Shown: positions 10,901 to 21,382 of the stretch, piece after piece
How positions within the stretch are numbered: position 1 is the first letter of the stretch
How the letters are laid out: each line of letters opens with the position of its first letter
Source of the DNA: Salisapilia sapeloensis CBS 127946
Lineage: Eukaryota; Protista; Oomycota
Length of the DNA stretch: 60,754 nucleotides
Assembly: GCA_023334545.1 (NCBI GenBank)
Contig: JAADVB010000098.1
Coordinates: 1-60,754, forward strand
Direction of reading: 5' to 3'
Notes under the pieces: model-generated
Databases searched by the model: none
What the model saw: the letters and a program-made list of their open reading frames with translations, nothing else
Told to the model about the DNA's origin: nothing
Program-made: the position numbers and the translations under genes

Positions 10901-13900
10901 TGCTCATTCAAGTTACTACACTTGGCAACATACGTATTCATCTGTTTTGACAATAGCTTTTTCTCTTCTTCGAGACACGCAATTTGGTCCTGAAGCTGTT
11001 TTTCACATTGACCTTTAGCTGTATTCACTTCATTTAATTTTTCTTCTCCAATGCTCATCATCTCATCCGCGTCCAGCTTCACTTGCTGCACTTCGCTCTG
11101 AAGTTGCTTGACCATCGTCTTTAACTCTTCCTTCCCTTTCTGTTCCGATTCCAACTGCGATTTTAAATATTGTCGTTCATTATCCAGCCGACGTAAGACT
11201 GCTTCCATTTGCATTCGCTGCGTTTCTTCATTCGCTGTCTTGCCACTTTTTTTACCACTCTCTTTTTCTTGGAATTCGTCCACTTGAGACTCAAGCTCTA
11301 TTAACTGTTGCGTCAGACGTAGATTTTCCTCTCCGCTCTTCTCTAATGCCAGCTGAGCGCTTTCTTCCTTACTCTTCCACAACACCACTTCCTGCTGTAG
11401 CTCTACAACATTCGCGCGTAGTTTAGACAGCTCACCTTGTGCTGCCGCACGCTCTTGTGCATATGCTTCTTGCTCCTGCTTCCATTTCGTTTCCAAGCGA
11501 TGAGACTTTTGTTTGAATGCTTCCTCCTGTTCTTGTAATGCAGCCTTCTTTTCCTTTTTCAAACTGTCCATCGAGTTCGTCAAGTTTGTTAGATGCTGCC
11601 CCAGTTCCTCACGACACTTCATCTCTGATGCTAGCTGCGCCTTCAAGTATTCCACCTTGTTGCTCCATTTGGTCTCCAAAGCCTCGATCTCACCTTGAGA
11701 CGGTGAAGACAAAGCCGTGCTATTTACAAACTTGGCATGTGCTGTTTTCGCTTCGCTTAATTGTCGCTCGAGACGTCTGCATTTGTCTTCAAGACCAACA
11801 AGTTGTGTCATAGACAATTCTTCCAAGGCCTTCTTTGCCTGTGCTGCCTGCGTTTTTGCTATCGTTGCCTCATTTTCCAAAGATGATACCTTTAACGCTA
11901 GCTTCTCCGTCTCTTCTTTTGCTGAAAACTCACTTAAGCGAAATGCTTCCAATTCACGCTGATACTTTCCATGTAGCTTTTTCAAGTCTGCTTGATGTGC
12001 TTTGCTCGACTGACGAATAAGCTTATCTTTGCTTGATGTCGCTTCGTCCAACTGATTGTTTAAAGTGTCAATGGTGTCAATCAGCCTGGATACTTCGTCT
12101 GCCGTGCTGCTCCGTTTGGAACCGAGACCCGAGGATTCCATGGCTTGCTCCGAAGTTTCCAGTGCGTGAATGCGACTGCGCAGTTGAGTAATTTCACTTT
12201 CTTTGTCATCTATCTTTGATGAAAACTCTTTTCTTGTGTCAACTAGTTGCCGTTCTAGATTCTGCCGACGTAGACTCTCTTCCTTTGCAGTTTCCATCGC
12301 TTCTTCTAGTGATTCTTGTAGCAACGTTGTCTGCCGGTCATCTGATGTATCTAGCTGTGAAGTTTCTGTATCTAGATATGAAGTGTCCTCCTTTCTACAG
12401 TTCTTCTTCGCTCCTTTCAGTTTGGGCATAGGTGACTTCTTCCTCGATGATGATTTAATTGGAGGTAGAGGCTTCTTTCCTGTCAGAGGTCTATCACTAC
12501 CATTTTCCGTATGCTTTGCAAGCTCCTGAAGAAACATGTTATCTAGCTCTGAATCTGCAGTCTCACTACCATCTTTTGTGTCATGGTTTGTAGTAGACAC
12601 ATCCAGCGATCGACTGCTTCCATCTTGATTCGAAACCAATAAGTTCAGCTTGTCTCCTGCTTCCTTGTTTACAAAGTTGCGTTCCCGAGCTGTGGAAAAG
12701 AGGTAGTAGATATTCCGGCAGTTTTCACACACAGTTGCTTGCTTATAGAACAGTGTTGGCTGAGCCCTTCCAATCTCTGATCGTACCTTAACATCTGCAT
12801 CTCTCCACCTCTTCTTCAATTCTCCGTCTGCGCCTTCTGCCATGATAAATTGTTTTTCAGCTCGGCAAAGTAGAATCACATTGTTGCCAATATCGAAGCG
12901 AGCGCCGGTGTCAAATACCGACGAAGGAGTAGTCGCCAGCTCCGATTCGGAAAAGCAGGAGGATAGTCCCAAAAGAGATGCTGTAGATGTCTTGCAAAAG
13001 TCACCCTGACATTTTGTTCCTTTATGCGTACTAGTTGCTCGCAGTGTCGGTAGTGAAGGGCTTTGCAATAATCCGGTTCCAGGGTCCTCCTGCACTCCGT
13101 CCAGATCATCTCGGGACACAACCTGCTTTAAGACGATTTGTGGAATGCCATGAATAGCAAGCACGTTATTTTCAATAGCATAATTCAGCCGAACAAGATG
13201 AATATTGTCTCGTTTTCTTCCGGGCGTACCGTCGGATGCTACATAAACTTGTACGAACGCCTGCGTCCATTGCTCTACTTGCTCATGGTGTCTGTCTAGA
13301 TTGTCATCGTTGCAATCAGTACGAACTACTAGCTCATTTATGTTTGTACAGTCGATCAAAGCCTTATAACTCACTTGATCGCTTGTAAAAGGCTGAATGG
13401 CGCGAATATCGCTCAAATTTAAAGATGCGGATGGCTCCCTAGGTGATGATGCACCAGATAACGCCGAATGGAGGTCGATGATGATGTTATGGAACGTTTT
13501 CGAGTCAATCGAAACAATCGACTTATCTTTCATAATGACCGAAGCAAATGGTTGATGATTTGACGAGGTTGACTGCTTCGATCCAAGTCGTGCAAATCGA
13601 TCTTGTGCTTTTGGTAACACCCGACGAGCATTCTCATCTGTTATAACCGTTGACGACATTTCGTTTTCACCGCTTTTAGCATACCAAACAACCTCCTTTA
13701 CTTTACTTGTTGCTGTATCTAAAGAAGACTGAAAAAGGAGTGTATCGTCCAGAGCGAATGGTACTGCGGAACTGCGTACGTGCTGCAAGGTTTCATATAC
13801 GGCAGATAGCGATATAGCTTTGCTTTTGTAGGTGCGAGAGGAAGATTGTGTCCCATGTGGAAGATGAGCTGGTTTCCGTTTGATCGATCGGCGTGAATGA

Positions 13901-13920
13901 TTCCTGGATGAAGACGACAT
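7957..13920 (-). CDS. Giant coiled-coil protein (1987 aa), function unknown
   Basis: Uninterrupted 5.96-kb ORF. The C-terminal two thirds is E/K/Q/L-rich with heptad character; the N-terminal part is globular or low complexity. Confidence 0.8.
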   Translation of the reverse strand: MSSSSRNHSRRSIKRKPAHLPHGTQSSSRTYKSKAISLSAVYETLQHVRSSAVPFALDDTLLFQSSLDTATSKVKEVVWYAKSGENEMSSTVITDENARRVLPKAQDRFARLGSKQSTSSNHQPFASVIMKDKSIVSIDSKTFHNIIIDLHSALSGASSPREPSASLNLSDIRAIQPFTSDQVSYKALIDCTNINELVVRTDCNDDNLDRHHEQVEQWTQAFVQVYVASDGTPGRKRDNIHLVRLNYAIENNVLAIHGIPQIVLKQVVSRDDLDGVQEDPGTGLLQSPSLPTLRATSTHKGTKCQGDFCKTSTASLLGLSSCFSESELATTPSSVFDTGARFDIGNNVILLCRAEKQFIMAEGADGELKKRWRDADVKVRSEIGRAQPTLFYKQATVCENCRNIYYLFSTARERNFVNKEAGDKLNLLVSNQDGSSRSLDVSTTNHDTKDGSETADSELDNMFLQELAKHTENGSDRPLTGKKPLPPIKSSSRKKSPMPKLKGAKKNCRKEDTSYLDTETSQLDTSDDRQTTLLQESLEEAMETAKEESLRRQNLERQLVDTRKEFSSKIDDKESEITQLRSRIHALETSEQAMESSGLGSKRSSTADEVSRLIDTIDTLNNQLDEATSSKDKLIRQSSKAHQADLKKLHGKYQRELEAFRLSEFSAKEETEKLALKVSSLENEATIAKTQAAQAKKALEELSMTQLVGLEDKCRRLERQLSEAKTAHAKFVNSTALSSPSQGEIEALETKWSNKVEYLKAQLASEMKCREELGQHLTNLTNSMDSLKKEKKAALQEQEEAFKQKSHRLETKWKQEQEAYAQERAAAQGELSKLRANVVELQQEVVLWKSKEESAQLALEKSGEENLRLTQQLIELESQVDEFQEKESGKKSGKTANEETQRMQMEAVLRRLDNERQYLKSQLESEQKGKEELKTMVKQLQSEVQQVKLDADEMMSIGEEKLNEVNTAKGQCEKQLQDQIACLEEEKKLLSKQMNTYVAKCSNLNEQHVLDKDEVEKSKILVVSLQSELDALKEELDSERKNAKASSDRMSAALNSVKKSLVTMGEDNKVRVLRLEEECKAYISRLADAQNQIQMKQDENSATTKKYQRTLSMQKLAVLVTSATYKWEIIAVSRAFSMLERQRVATKTSSKWRTYHDNTVVELEARLKETFDEQYNNMLHRLREEKEVAMEDLAKTHLSACDELRSSHQEDKQSCMQEVENRYREQIEAIKAQYDELIRQEKQRVEEYVKKSETIASTMTNNQQQLRIELEAAESEVKELKACLVKKEEAHQSLLDEVETKQKLDLSRLRDDFEQKLQEEKEAKVKRLEEAKQTHTSQMDEITSELHRLEDERIHMVTEDLQTHLIAETLSLQKKFDQQHAELVSLHQKELDDHRQALTDQWQGQLAKANARHEEQQKETKEAMEIKVQDAVEKARREGKEKKEAAVVQTAAKWQRAMDELQERVDAEKRGEYDRGLQDRDAEWQRAAAQIKLKQKEELESVQKEALAAVESAETRHRMKMRVELEANKKELENNYQAQLNSKLTEAVKKQELELNAAWTQKIASREEELRETYVDQLQQLEARHQLVLESEQGNYKAQLASTEENLRNEYEKKVESLRVDLDTSYQNRLQVQQESHAAELQEKLADLQSQLDKTYHERLTEMKTSLNRQAIAQLEELESQLTQEKEDAIEAAQGESERVISSVEKAMEELKRQKLVAEEEIGRLRSALEEAEDTQFDAEEETRKEKKQAALRLLKLMVFAKRDVAQLEQKYAMAKQELESQRQADLCHYEEEKARWKSAAEAFERTMQQVQHHEESMMTTLTTYKRDELVSHRSASGVLHKEVSLVDQQMEEVMGTKVHLEEEISQLQHEVKEVEASLRELMMRSSSTSSTKNSGDSGISGTFVAKKRRLNEEFDALLEQMEKKKQEKEGCEETLESLRKRKAEKEGELKTLERQLVEILVEQQKQLLSELSIAREIKLPVLESIM

Positions 13921-14078
13921 GTCCGTGCAGGTTTTCGTAGATGTCGTTGGATGGGAATGGTGAGTAGTCGTTTCATATAGGTACTTGGCATATTTTTGGA
14001 TTGACTAGCTAACACAATACGATGAAGCATGCTCGATGGAGAAAGTCGACACTTGCAAGATACGTGAACGACGGATGA

Positions 14079-14435
14079 TTAGCATTCATCTACGTTACGG
14101 TGGTAGACTTTATTTCCAAGTTGTTCTTGCTCCTCCTCGAAGCGCCGGCGAGCCTCGACCTCGACCTGGAATCCAACCTGCATACAGCAATTTTATCATC
14201 AAGCATATCAGTATCGAAAGAATGAAATGATAGTCGAAATGAATGCAAAAAGTCTTACCCGACGCTCCTCCATGTATTTGTTTTGCAGGTAAAAACCAAT
14301 GTAGGCTCCAATAAGACCACCACAAAGTGCGAAAACGGCTCGTCCTGTCGAACTGCCACCGCCTACATTTGCTCCTCGCGACGGACCGGCCGTAGGCATG
14401 CCTTTCGGCGCTGAACTAGGCTTATCTCCTGCCAT
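14079..14435 (-). CDS. Small single-TM protein, 91 aa, two exons (14435-14259, 14177-14079)
   Basis: ATG at 14435, GTAAGA donor at 14258, TGCAG acceptor ending at 14178 (81-nt intron, phase 0). Exon 2 reads VGFQVEVEARRRFEEEQEQLGNKVYHRNVDEC*. TM segment AVFALCGGLIGAYIGFYL. Confidence 0.65.
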
Positions 14436-15232
14436 TTAGCTATTCGTATCGTGCTATCTGTACTACTTTTGTACGCAATTTAGCGCTTGGGCTTTTGTTT
14501 AGCATGTCTGTAGCCATATCATGAGGCGTCGTAACGGAGAGGAAGGTCGGAGCAAACCTGTATCTGAGAGCTTGTAAAGCCAGTAACTCAACAAGTTAAG
14601 ATAAGAGGAACGATGACGCTACGAAGAACCAAATCATTGGATAGGAAATCTTTCGCAATTACCCATGAAGTATTGATGTTAAAAATAGAATTTTCGGACG
14701 TCAGTGTGCGATGCTTCGTTGGTGGGTACATGAGCCATTAAGCGTGTGCAAGGATATTTAACAAGATTAATTTGAGGATGTAAATGTTGCGCTTCGTACT
14801 CTGACGGTGGTTTTCGTATCATAATTCATACAGACGCTTTTTATGACGTAGCCATTAAGGTGCGTGGTTGAACTTGATGACACAGCTTGTTCCATATCTC
14901 CTCCTTTTACGCATCCCAACCATTCGTCTGCTACACTGCATCGTACCTCCAGTCACCAGGATATTTGGAGTTCATGCCTCGAAGCAGCGACACTTTCGCA
15001 CGCACTCGATTCGAATAAATGCCATTCCAAAGTAGTTTCCAGCGTCATATGATTGAAGCTAGATCTTGGTTGAGTGTGAAGTGATGCACATCTCACCGTG
15101 ACTATGGACTTGCCACCTGTGTAATCTCTGTTATACACCAAAGATTTTCACCCAGCCTGGTCTCACTCTTCGATTTGCCACTGCAAGGTTGCCATCACTC
15201 CACCGCGATACGTGGACGAATAGCAGCGAGCA

Positions 15233-15248
15233 GCTCACTACACATTTT
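15233..15248 (+). promoter_or_regulatory. Oomycete Inr/FPR-like core promoter of SWEET-1
   Basis: GCTCACTACACATTTT, two mismatches to GCTCATTYBNNNWTTY, just upstream of ATG 15255. Confidence 0.4.
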
Positions 15249-15254
15249 ACCATC

Positions 15255-16028
15255 ATGGTCTCATCCTTCTTCCTCAACACTCTAAATCTCATATCGACGA
15301 TTTCTGCGGTCGCTATCTTCTCGAGTCTCATTCCAGACCTGTACGGCGTCTACAAGACGAAGCGGACAGACTCGGTTAATTTCTACCCTCTACTAGCTAT
15401 GCTGGCGCAGAGCGCACTATGGACGTTGTATGGATGCTTAACAGGCCTCGTTTACCCGTTGGCAGTTGTCAATGGCTATGGCGCCGTTATGGGCTTGGCA
15501 TACCTCGTCGTGTACTGCATCTTTGAAACTACACGACGACGTCAGTATCTTGCCTATATTGGTATCGTGATGAGCGCATTCGTCGCATTGATGCTGTACG
15601 CTGCGTACAGTCCAGAGGAAAAGGACACTATTAATGGCCGTATCGGATACTTGTCCAATGCTGCTGCCATTACCTTCTTTGCTTCGCCTCTTGGAGCGCT
15701 TCAGCGAGTCATTCGAGAAGGATGCTCGGACATTTTATCCATTGGCATGGCCTTTACTGGCTGCATTAACGGCACGTTGTGGGGACTAATTGGCTACGTC
15801 CAGAACGATACATTTGTCATGGTACCTAACTCGATCAGTGCCGGGCTTTGTGCCATTCAGATAATGTTCATTGCCTACTTCCCACGTTCAAATAATATAA
15901 ACGTCAAGTCTCTCGACGAGGACACTTCGCTTATGCATGCGCATCACTCGTACAGCGCAGGTGGTGGCCCAATTGATATTCGAAACTTGGAATACGCCAA
16001 CGACCACCAAGTCGCTTCGAAAGCATAA
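15255..16028 (+). CDS. SWEET (MtN3/saliva) sugar transporter, copy 1
   Basis: Seven TM helices in two MtN3 repeats (P..Y...K.K.T..VNFYP..W.LYG..NG; FASPL..L.RVI..S..W..G..D.FV.VPN). The start is probably ATG 15255, not 15189. Confidence 0.93.
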   Translation: MVSSFFLNTLNLISTISAVAIFSSLIPDLYGVYKTKRTDSVNFYPLLAMLAQSALWTLYGCLTGLVYPLAVVNGYGAVMGLAYLVVYCIFETTRRRQYLAYIGIVMSAFVALMLYAAYSPEEKDTINGRIGYLSNAAAITFFASPLGALQRVIREGCSDILSIGMAFTGCINGTLWGLIGYVQNDTFVMVPNSISAGLCAIQIMFIAYFPRSNNINVKSLDEDTSLMHAHHSYSAGGGPIDIRNLEYANDHQVASKA

Positions 16029-16339
16029 GTATGTAATGTACATGCATGGTATTCTCCATACTTTACGTGTTAGAAGTCAGAAACAAGAGGTATACGACAC
16101 AATAAACTCTGATCTTTGCCATCGTAATCTTTAATTGTTAAACTATCGTCTACTTATGTTCCTCTGGCAGTATCTGAATAGGGTGGGCAGATGTCTAGCG
16201 ACGCAAATGTCTCCATTTAGTTCTACTGACTTTGTACCTTTTCATCGACCGCTTTGTTTTCTACCATGTGATCACACACGCATTCAATGATGATGGGAAA
16301 AGAAGCTCTATGGCAGTCAGAACGTATTAATTTGCTAGA

Positions 16340-16355
16340 GTCCATTCTCATATTT
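16340..16355 (+). promoter_or_regulatory. Oomycete Inr/FPR core promoter of SWEET-2
   Basis: GTCCATTCTCATATTT matches YCATTYY-NNN-WTTY about 55 nt before ATG 16410, which argues against the upstream ATG at 16287. Confidence 0.55.
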
Positions 16356-16409
16356 AACGTCTGCATACCAGCCTCGAACGATTTGACCGTCCTTTACTGT
16401 TTTACAGAA

Positions 16410-17135
16410 ATGTCCGTGCTCGATGTACTCGGAGTCATGGGGACCTGCACCTCTGCCTGCATTTTTGTTAGCCTCGTCCCGGACCTTTACTTTGTTTACA
16501 AAGTGAAGGATACATCTCGCGTGAACTTTTATCCTCTGCTCTCGATGCTAGCGCAGTGCTACGCATGGGTGTTGTATGGCTACGTGTCCAACTTCTTCTA
16601 CCCTCTCGGTACGATCAACACATTCGGTACTTTTATGGGAATTGGCTATGTCTCCGTCTATTGTTACTACGAGAAAGAAAGGAAGCAACGGTACCTACGT
16701 TACGCTGGTCTACTGTTGCTGGCGATGGTTAGCCTAACTGTATTTGTTGCGTTCGCTCCGATCGACAATGACCTGTTACAAGACATCATTGGATACATTG
16801 CGAATGCCGGAACGCTCATACTCTTTGCGTCACCATTTACAGAGCTCTTACAGGTCATTCGAGATAAGTGCTCTGATATCATCCCGCTTTGGATGGCGAT
16901 CACAGGTTTTGCAGACTCCTCTACTTGGACTTTGATCGGCATCGTGAAGATGGATCTGTTCTTGGCGCTACCGAACATCTTACCAGCGCTGCTTTGCGCG
17001 GCGCAACTGGTACTTATCATAATCTATCCACGTAGCAGAATAGTTGACGTTGAGAATGGAGACGCGTTAATAAAGCCCGTGTCTTACGGAACAATTTCCA
17101 GTGATAATGAGGGTACTGCTGCCGATGTTAAATAA
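16410..17135 (+). CDS. SWEET (MtN3/saliva) sugar transporter, copy 2
   Basis: Same 7-TM MtN3 architecture (VNFYPLL, WVLYG, FASPF, LPN); tandem paralogue of copy 1. Confidence 0.92.
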   Translation: MSVLDVLGVMGTCTSACIFVSLVPDLYFVYKVKDTSRVNFYPLLSMLAQCYAWVLYGYVSNFFYPLGTINTFGTFMGIGYVSVYCYYEKERKQRYLRYAGLLLLAMVSLTVFVAFAPIDNDLLQDIIGYIANAGTLILFASPFTELLQVIRDKCSDIIPLWMAITGFADSSTWTLIGIVKMDLFLALPNILPALLCAAQLVLIIIYPRSRIVDVENGDALIKPVSYGTISSDNEGTAADVK

Positions 17136-18363
17136 ACCTTTTAAGTCGTCCCAAATTATCTTGCTTTGGTTTTTTTCATGAAAATGATTCTCTATTAATC
17201 GTGAGCGCAATAAAAATTAATTGGAAGGTTAGCATGGAGACCATACGATGCTCTACACTCAAATATCTTTTGCGTCACGAGTCTTCATAGTGAATGGTAA
17301 CTTGACTGATTAGAATGTATGTCTTTTAAATTAGAAAGCGAGTTCATCAAAAATTAAACATTTATAGGGAGGTGTTTCATTGGACATCGCTAGGCAAACT
17401 TTCCGTGTCCACCTTGGTATGTTTGCTATCATCAACGTATTTCCTGTGACCTACTATTATAGGAATGCACAAAGGCATCTGAGCAGGCTGTTTTGTTCTC
17501 TGCAATGCCCGTAGGCTACTTGATGTCTCAGGGTTTGTCGCCAAGAATAATAGATTATGTATGCATGCATGGTAACATGAGAAGTGGATGGAAGTACTAG
17601 TGTGAAGACTCTGGTTCGTTAATCTTTTGTTGTACGAGTCGATTCTATCCTAGTCTCTCCTAAACTTTCTCCTACAGACTCGATGTCAGTATGGTATGCA
17701 TAGCAGCTTCCGTGGCATGTAAGCAAGTTCGTCAACGATAATAGTTTATAACATGCATTTTTTCTCCGTTCGATGGCGTGAAGGCTTAACATCATCGGCT
17801 GACAGTTTCCTTCATTTTGTATTACAAGCAAGTTGTGTGCTTGAGTGCATCCTACTACTGATCAAAGTAGCATTGATAACCCTTGTACCTCATTCATAGC
17901 ATGCAATCGACTTTACCAGACTCTTGCTCTCTTAAACTACAAAATTTGTAGGTTGCAAGATCGACATCAGCGATTGCAATGACTCATGTCGATCTTGTAA
18001 GCTATTTATTTTAAAAAGCACATCAGAACGATAGACAATAGATAACAAAGAGACTTGATATGCAATTAAAGTATAGACAAACGAATTGAAATGGTAGCTC
18101 TAGTAACACGCACCAGTCCAGATCTCATCAAGCTTACCATTATCTGAGGGAAACAACCTTATTCATCAGACATATAAAACCTCATCTATACGATCCCTTC
18201 AACTACAGGCCACAATACCAGCATCTCTATAAAATACTCTCCATCTCCACCTGTACAGTCGTCATACCACCGCTGCAAGATGACCAGTGTACAGTCCTCT
18301 CCAACTTCCACGAGGCCATCAATCCCATTGGTACGTCAGTGGCACAGCGTACCTCCTTTTCGT

Positions 18364-18400
18364 CCAATCAAGAGCTCCTTCGCGCCAAGTCATTTCGCGC
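18364..18400 (+). promoter_or_regulatory. CCAAT box plus two E2F-like sites upstream of PCNA
   Basis: CCAAT at 18364-18368, TTCGCGCCAA at 18379-18388 and TTTCGCGC (canonical TTTSSCGC) at 18393-18400, which is 75-110 nt before the PCNA ATG. Confidence 0.5.
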
Positions 18401-18475
18401 CATTTCCGTCGCTCACAATCCCAAAGTCACGACAACCAGCAACGAAACCACTTTACCACATCTTCCCTTGCCATC

Positions 18476-19365
<890 letters not shown>

Positions 19366-19418
19366 TTCCAAGCGTCAATATAAATCTTTACGTTTGAAAA
19401 AACGAGGTAGCAAGTGTT

Positions 19419-21112
19419 CTATTGTCCATTACCAGCCCATTGACGAGCATTATCAGCCGTCACATAGACGAACGTGAGGATGCCGATGAAGATGACAGTG
19501 CCATCGATGATCTTGTCTTTCCATGAAAGTGTAGGAGCGAGCTTTAAGTAGAAGAGTGGAGGGTAGATGAAGCTCAGAGGGACACAGCAGAAGGCTCCGA
19601 CAATCGAAACGAAGAGGTCGAGTCGGTCCTGACCGTAGTACGCCACGATGACCGTGACGAGGACGGCAAGCGCTCGGAAACAGTTCTTGACGATCTTCTT
19701 TCCAGACTTTTGGGACGGGAAGCCGAGCATGTCTTCAATGATCTTGACAGCAGGGAAGAGGAACAATGGGTAGGACAGCAGCTGCGCGATGCTGTATCCG
19801 AACTGGACGCTGATGGCCCATCCGTTACGCGGGAGACTGGACGTGACGATCGGTTGGATGCTGTCTCCGAACGTGATGTAGTTGATGCCAGCGAATCCGC
19901 TGTAGAAGATCAAGAGGCCGACGACGGTGTAGGTAAGTAAGCTTGGGAACTTTTCCTGACGCTCCTTGTTCAACGACGTTTGGGTTGGAATGACTAGACC
20001 GATGCCTTCGAAGGTGAAGATGGAGGTGCCGATGAAGACCGTGTAGTCTTCCGAGTTAAAGTACGTCACGTCCGATGGTCCTTCTTGACCTAATTGGATA
20101 AAGCACGTGCCGAGGATATAGGCGAGACCATACAAGATGAAGACGTCAGCTACGAGGTTACTGATGCTAAAGTAGCTGATGTAGCGGACCCAGGACAGGG
20201 GGACGTAGCAGGCTGCTTGGAGGATGATGAGGGTGGACAGTTGCAGAGGGACGCCGACGTAGTTGAGTACGTCCTGCATATTCTGAGCGACGAAAATGAT
20301 GTAGGTACAGCAAAAACCAGACTGCATGAGGATGATGGACGCTTGGACCATGCGACGACCCCACTTGCCCATGGCTTTGCTCCCGATTTGACCGTACGTC
20401 CCACCGACAAATTCACGGCATTGGAGAAGACGCAGCATAGAATAGAGTGTCAGGGCAGAGATAACGAGGAGACAGAGAGGGGAGAAGAGGAGACCTCCGG
20501 ATTTGAATCCGTTTGGGAGAAATAGGATACCAGTACCAACAAAAGCTTTCAACAGTGTCAACAGAGCATGCCACAACGTCGTCGTCTTAGCTTCGTCCGC
20601 ACGCTTATCACGTAATTTGCGCTCTGGTGTATTCAAAGGCGTACGCTCCGATGGTTCGTAGCTAGGAGGTGGATTAGAATTAGATTTGGAGATATCATTA
20701 TATAGACTCACTTTCTACCACGAGGTGTAAGCTTTCCAGGCGTACGTATGGCTTCAGGTGTTAGCAAGAGTCTCTTGGCTCGCTCCTGGAGACTCAAGTT
20801 CGGGTACAAGTCCGTGTCTTGGGATAAGACACCGGCAATGAACGGATCGTAAAAGTTTTCTAATTGCGAGATGATGGATCGACGCACGGCGGACGATGGA
20901 GGATTGGGAGACTCTTGCTGCAGATGGTGGCGTCGGAAGCCGCCAGGCACAGCTAACGCTGCAGCTTTGGGCGTCGAGGCATCTCGTGATACGACAGAGA
21001 CAGCAGGATCCGAGTCACTTCGCGGACGGTTTGGTGACGTCGGGTACCCGGCATTCACCGCCGTGTTATTCTTAGCCGCTTTCTCCAAATCTCTAATGGC
21101 CTCGTCTGACAT
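19419..21112 (-). CDS. Amino acid/auxin permease family transporter (Avt3/Avt4-like, probably vacuolar), 547 aa, two exons (21112-20712, 20661-19419)
   Basis: LLKAFVGTGILFLP, IFTFEGIGLVIP and YPLFLFPA motifs with about 11 TMs; the N-terminal tail contains VPGGFRR. A 50-nt GTGAGT...CCTAG phase-2 intron joins the two ORFs in frame. Confidence 0.92.
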
Positions 21113-21208
21113 ACTGTGGTTGGATGGACGCTACTCCAGGTATGAGCTCTGGTAGAGGATTAGAGGACTGATCGATCTGATAAGCACGTCGAAAAATCGA
21201 CACAATTG

Positions 21209-21340
21209 ATTTGTATCCGAAGAATCCGAAAAAATGTACCGGTCAGTTCACATAACCTGAACCAAAGTATACGATTTCAATGAAATCTAGCAAGGTATAA
21301 ATGTAGGATATATAGCAGGTTTTTTCGGATAGATACAAAT
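21209..21340. repeat. Imperfect inverted repeat in the divergent promoter between the transporter and CDC40
   Basis: ATTTGTATC (21209-21217) and ATCCGAAAAAA (21224-21234) are mirrored by TTTTTTCGGAT (21320-21330) and GATACAAAT (21332-21340). Confidence 0.6.
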
Positions 21341-21382
21341 TTCAAGTCATGCACTACCAACCAAAAACACTTAATTGGAGAG

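Noticed and set aside
15189-16409. Upstream ORF-track starts for the SWEETs (15189, 16287)
   Set aside because: Inr/FPR-like elements lie downstream of those codons, and the family N-terminus begins at 15255 and 16410.
19710-20525. + strand ORFs (76 and 143 aa) opposite the amino acid transporter
   Set aside because: Antisense shadows with no independent evidence.
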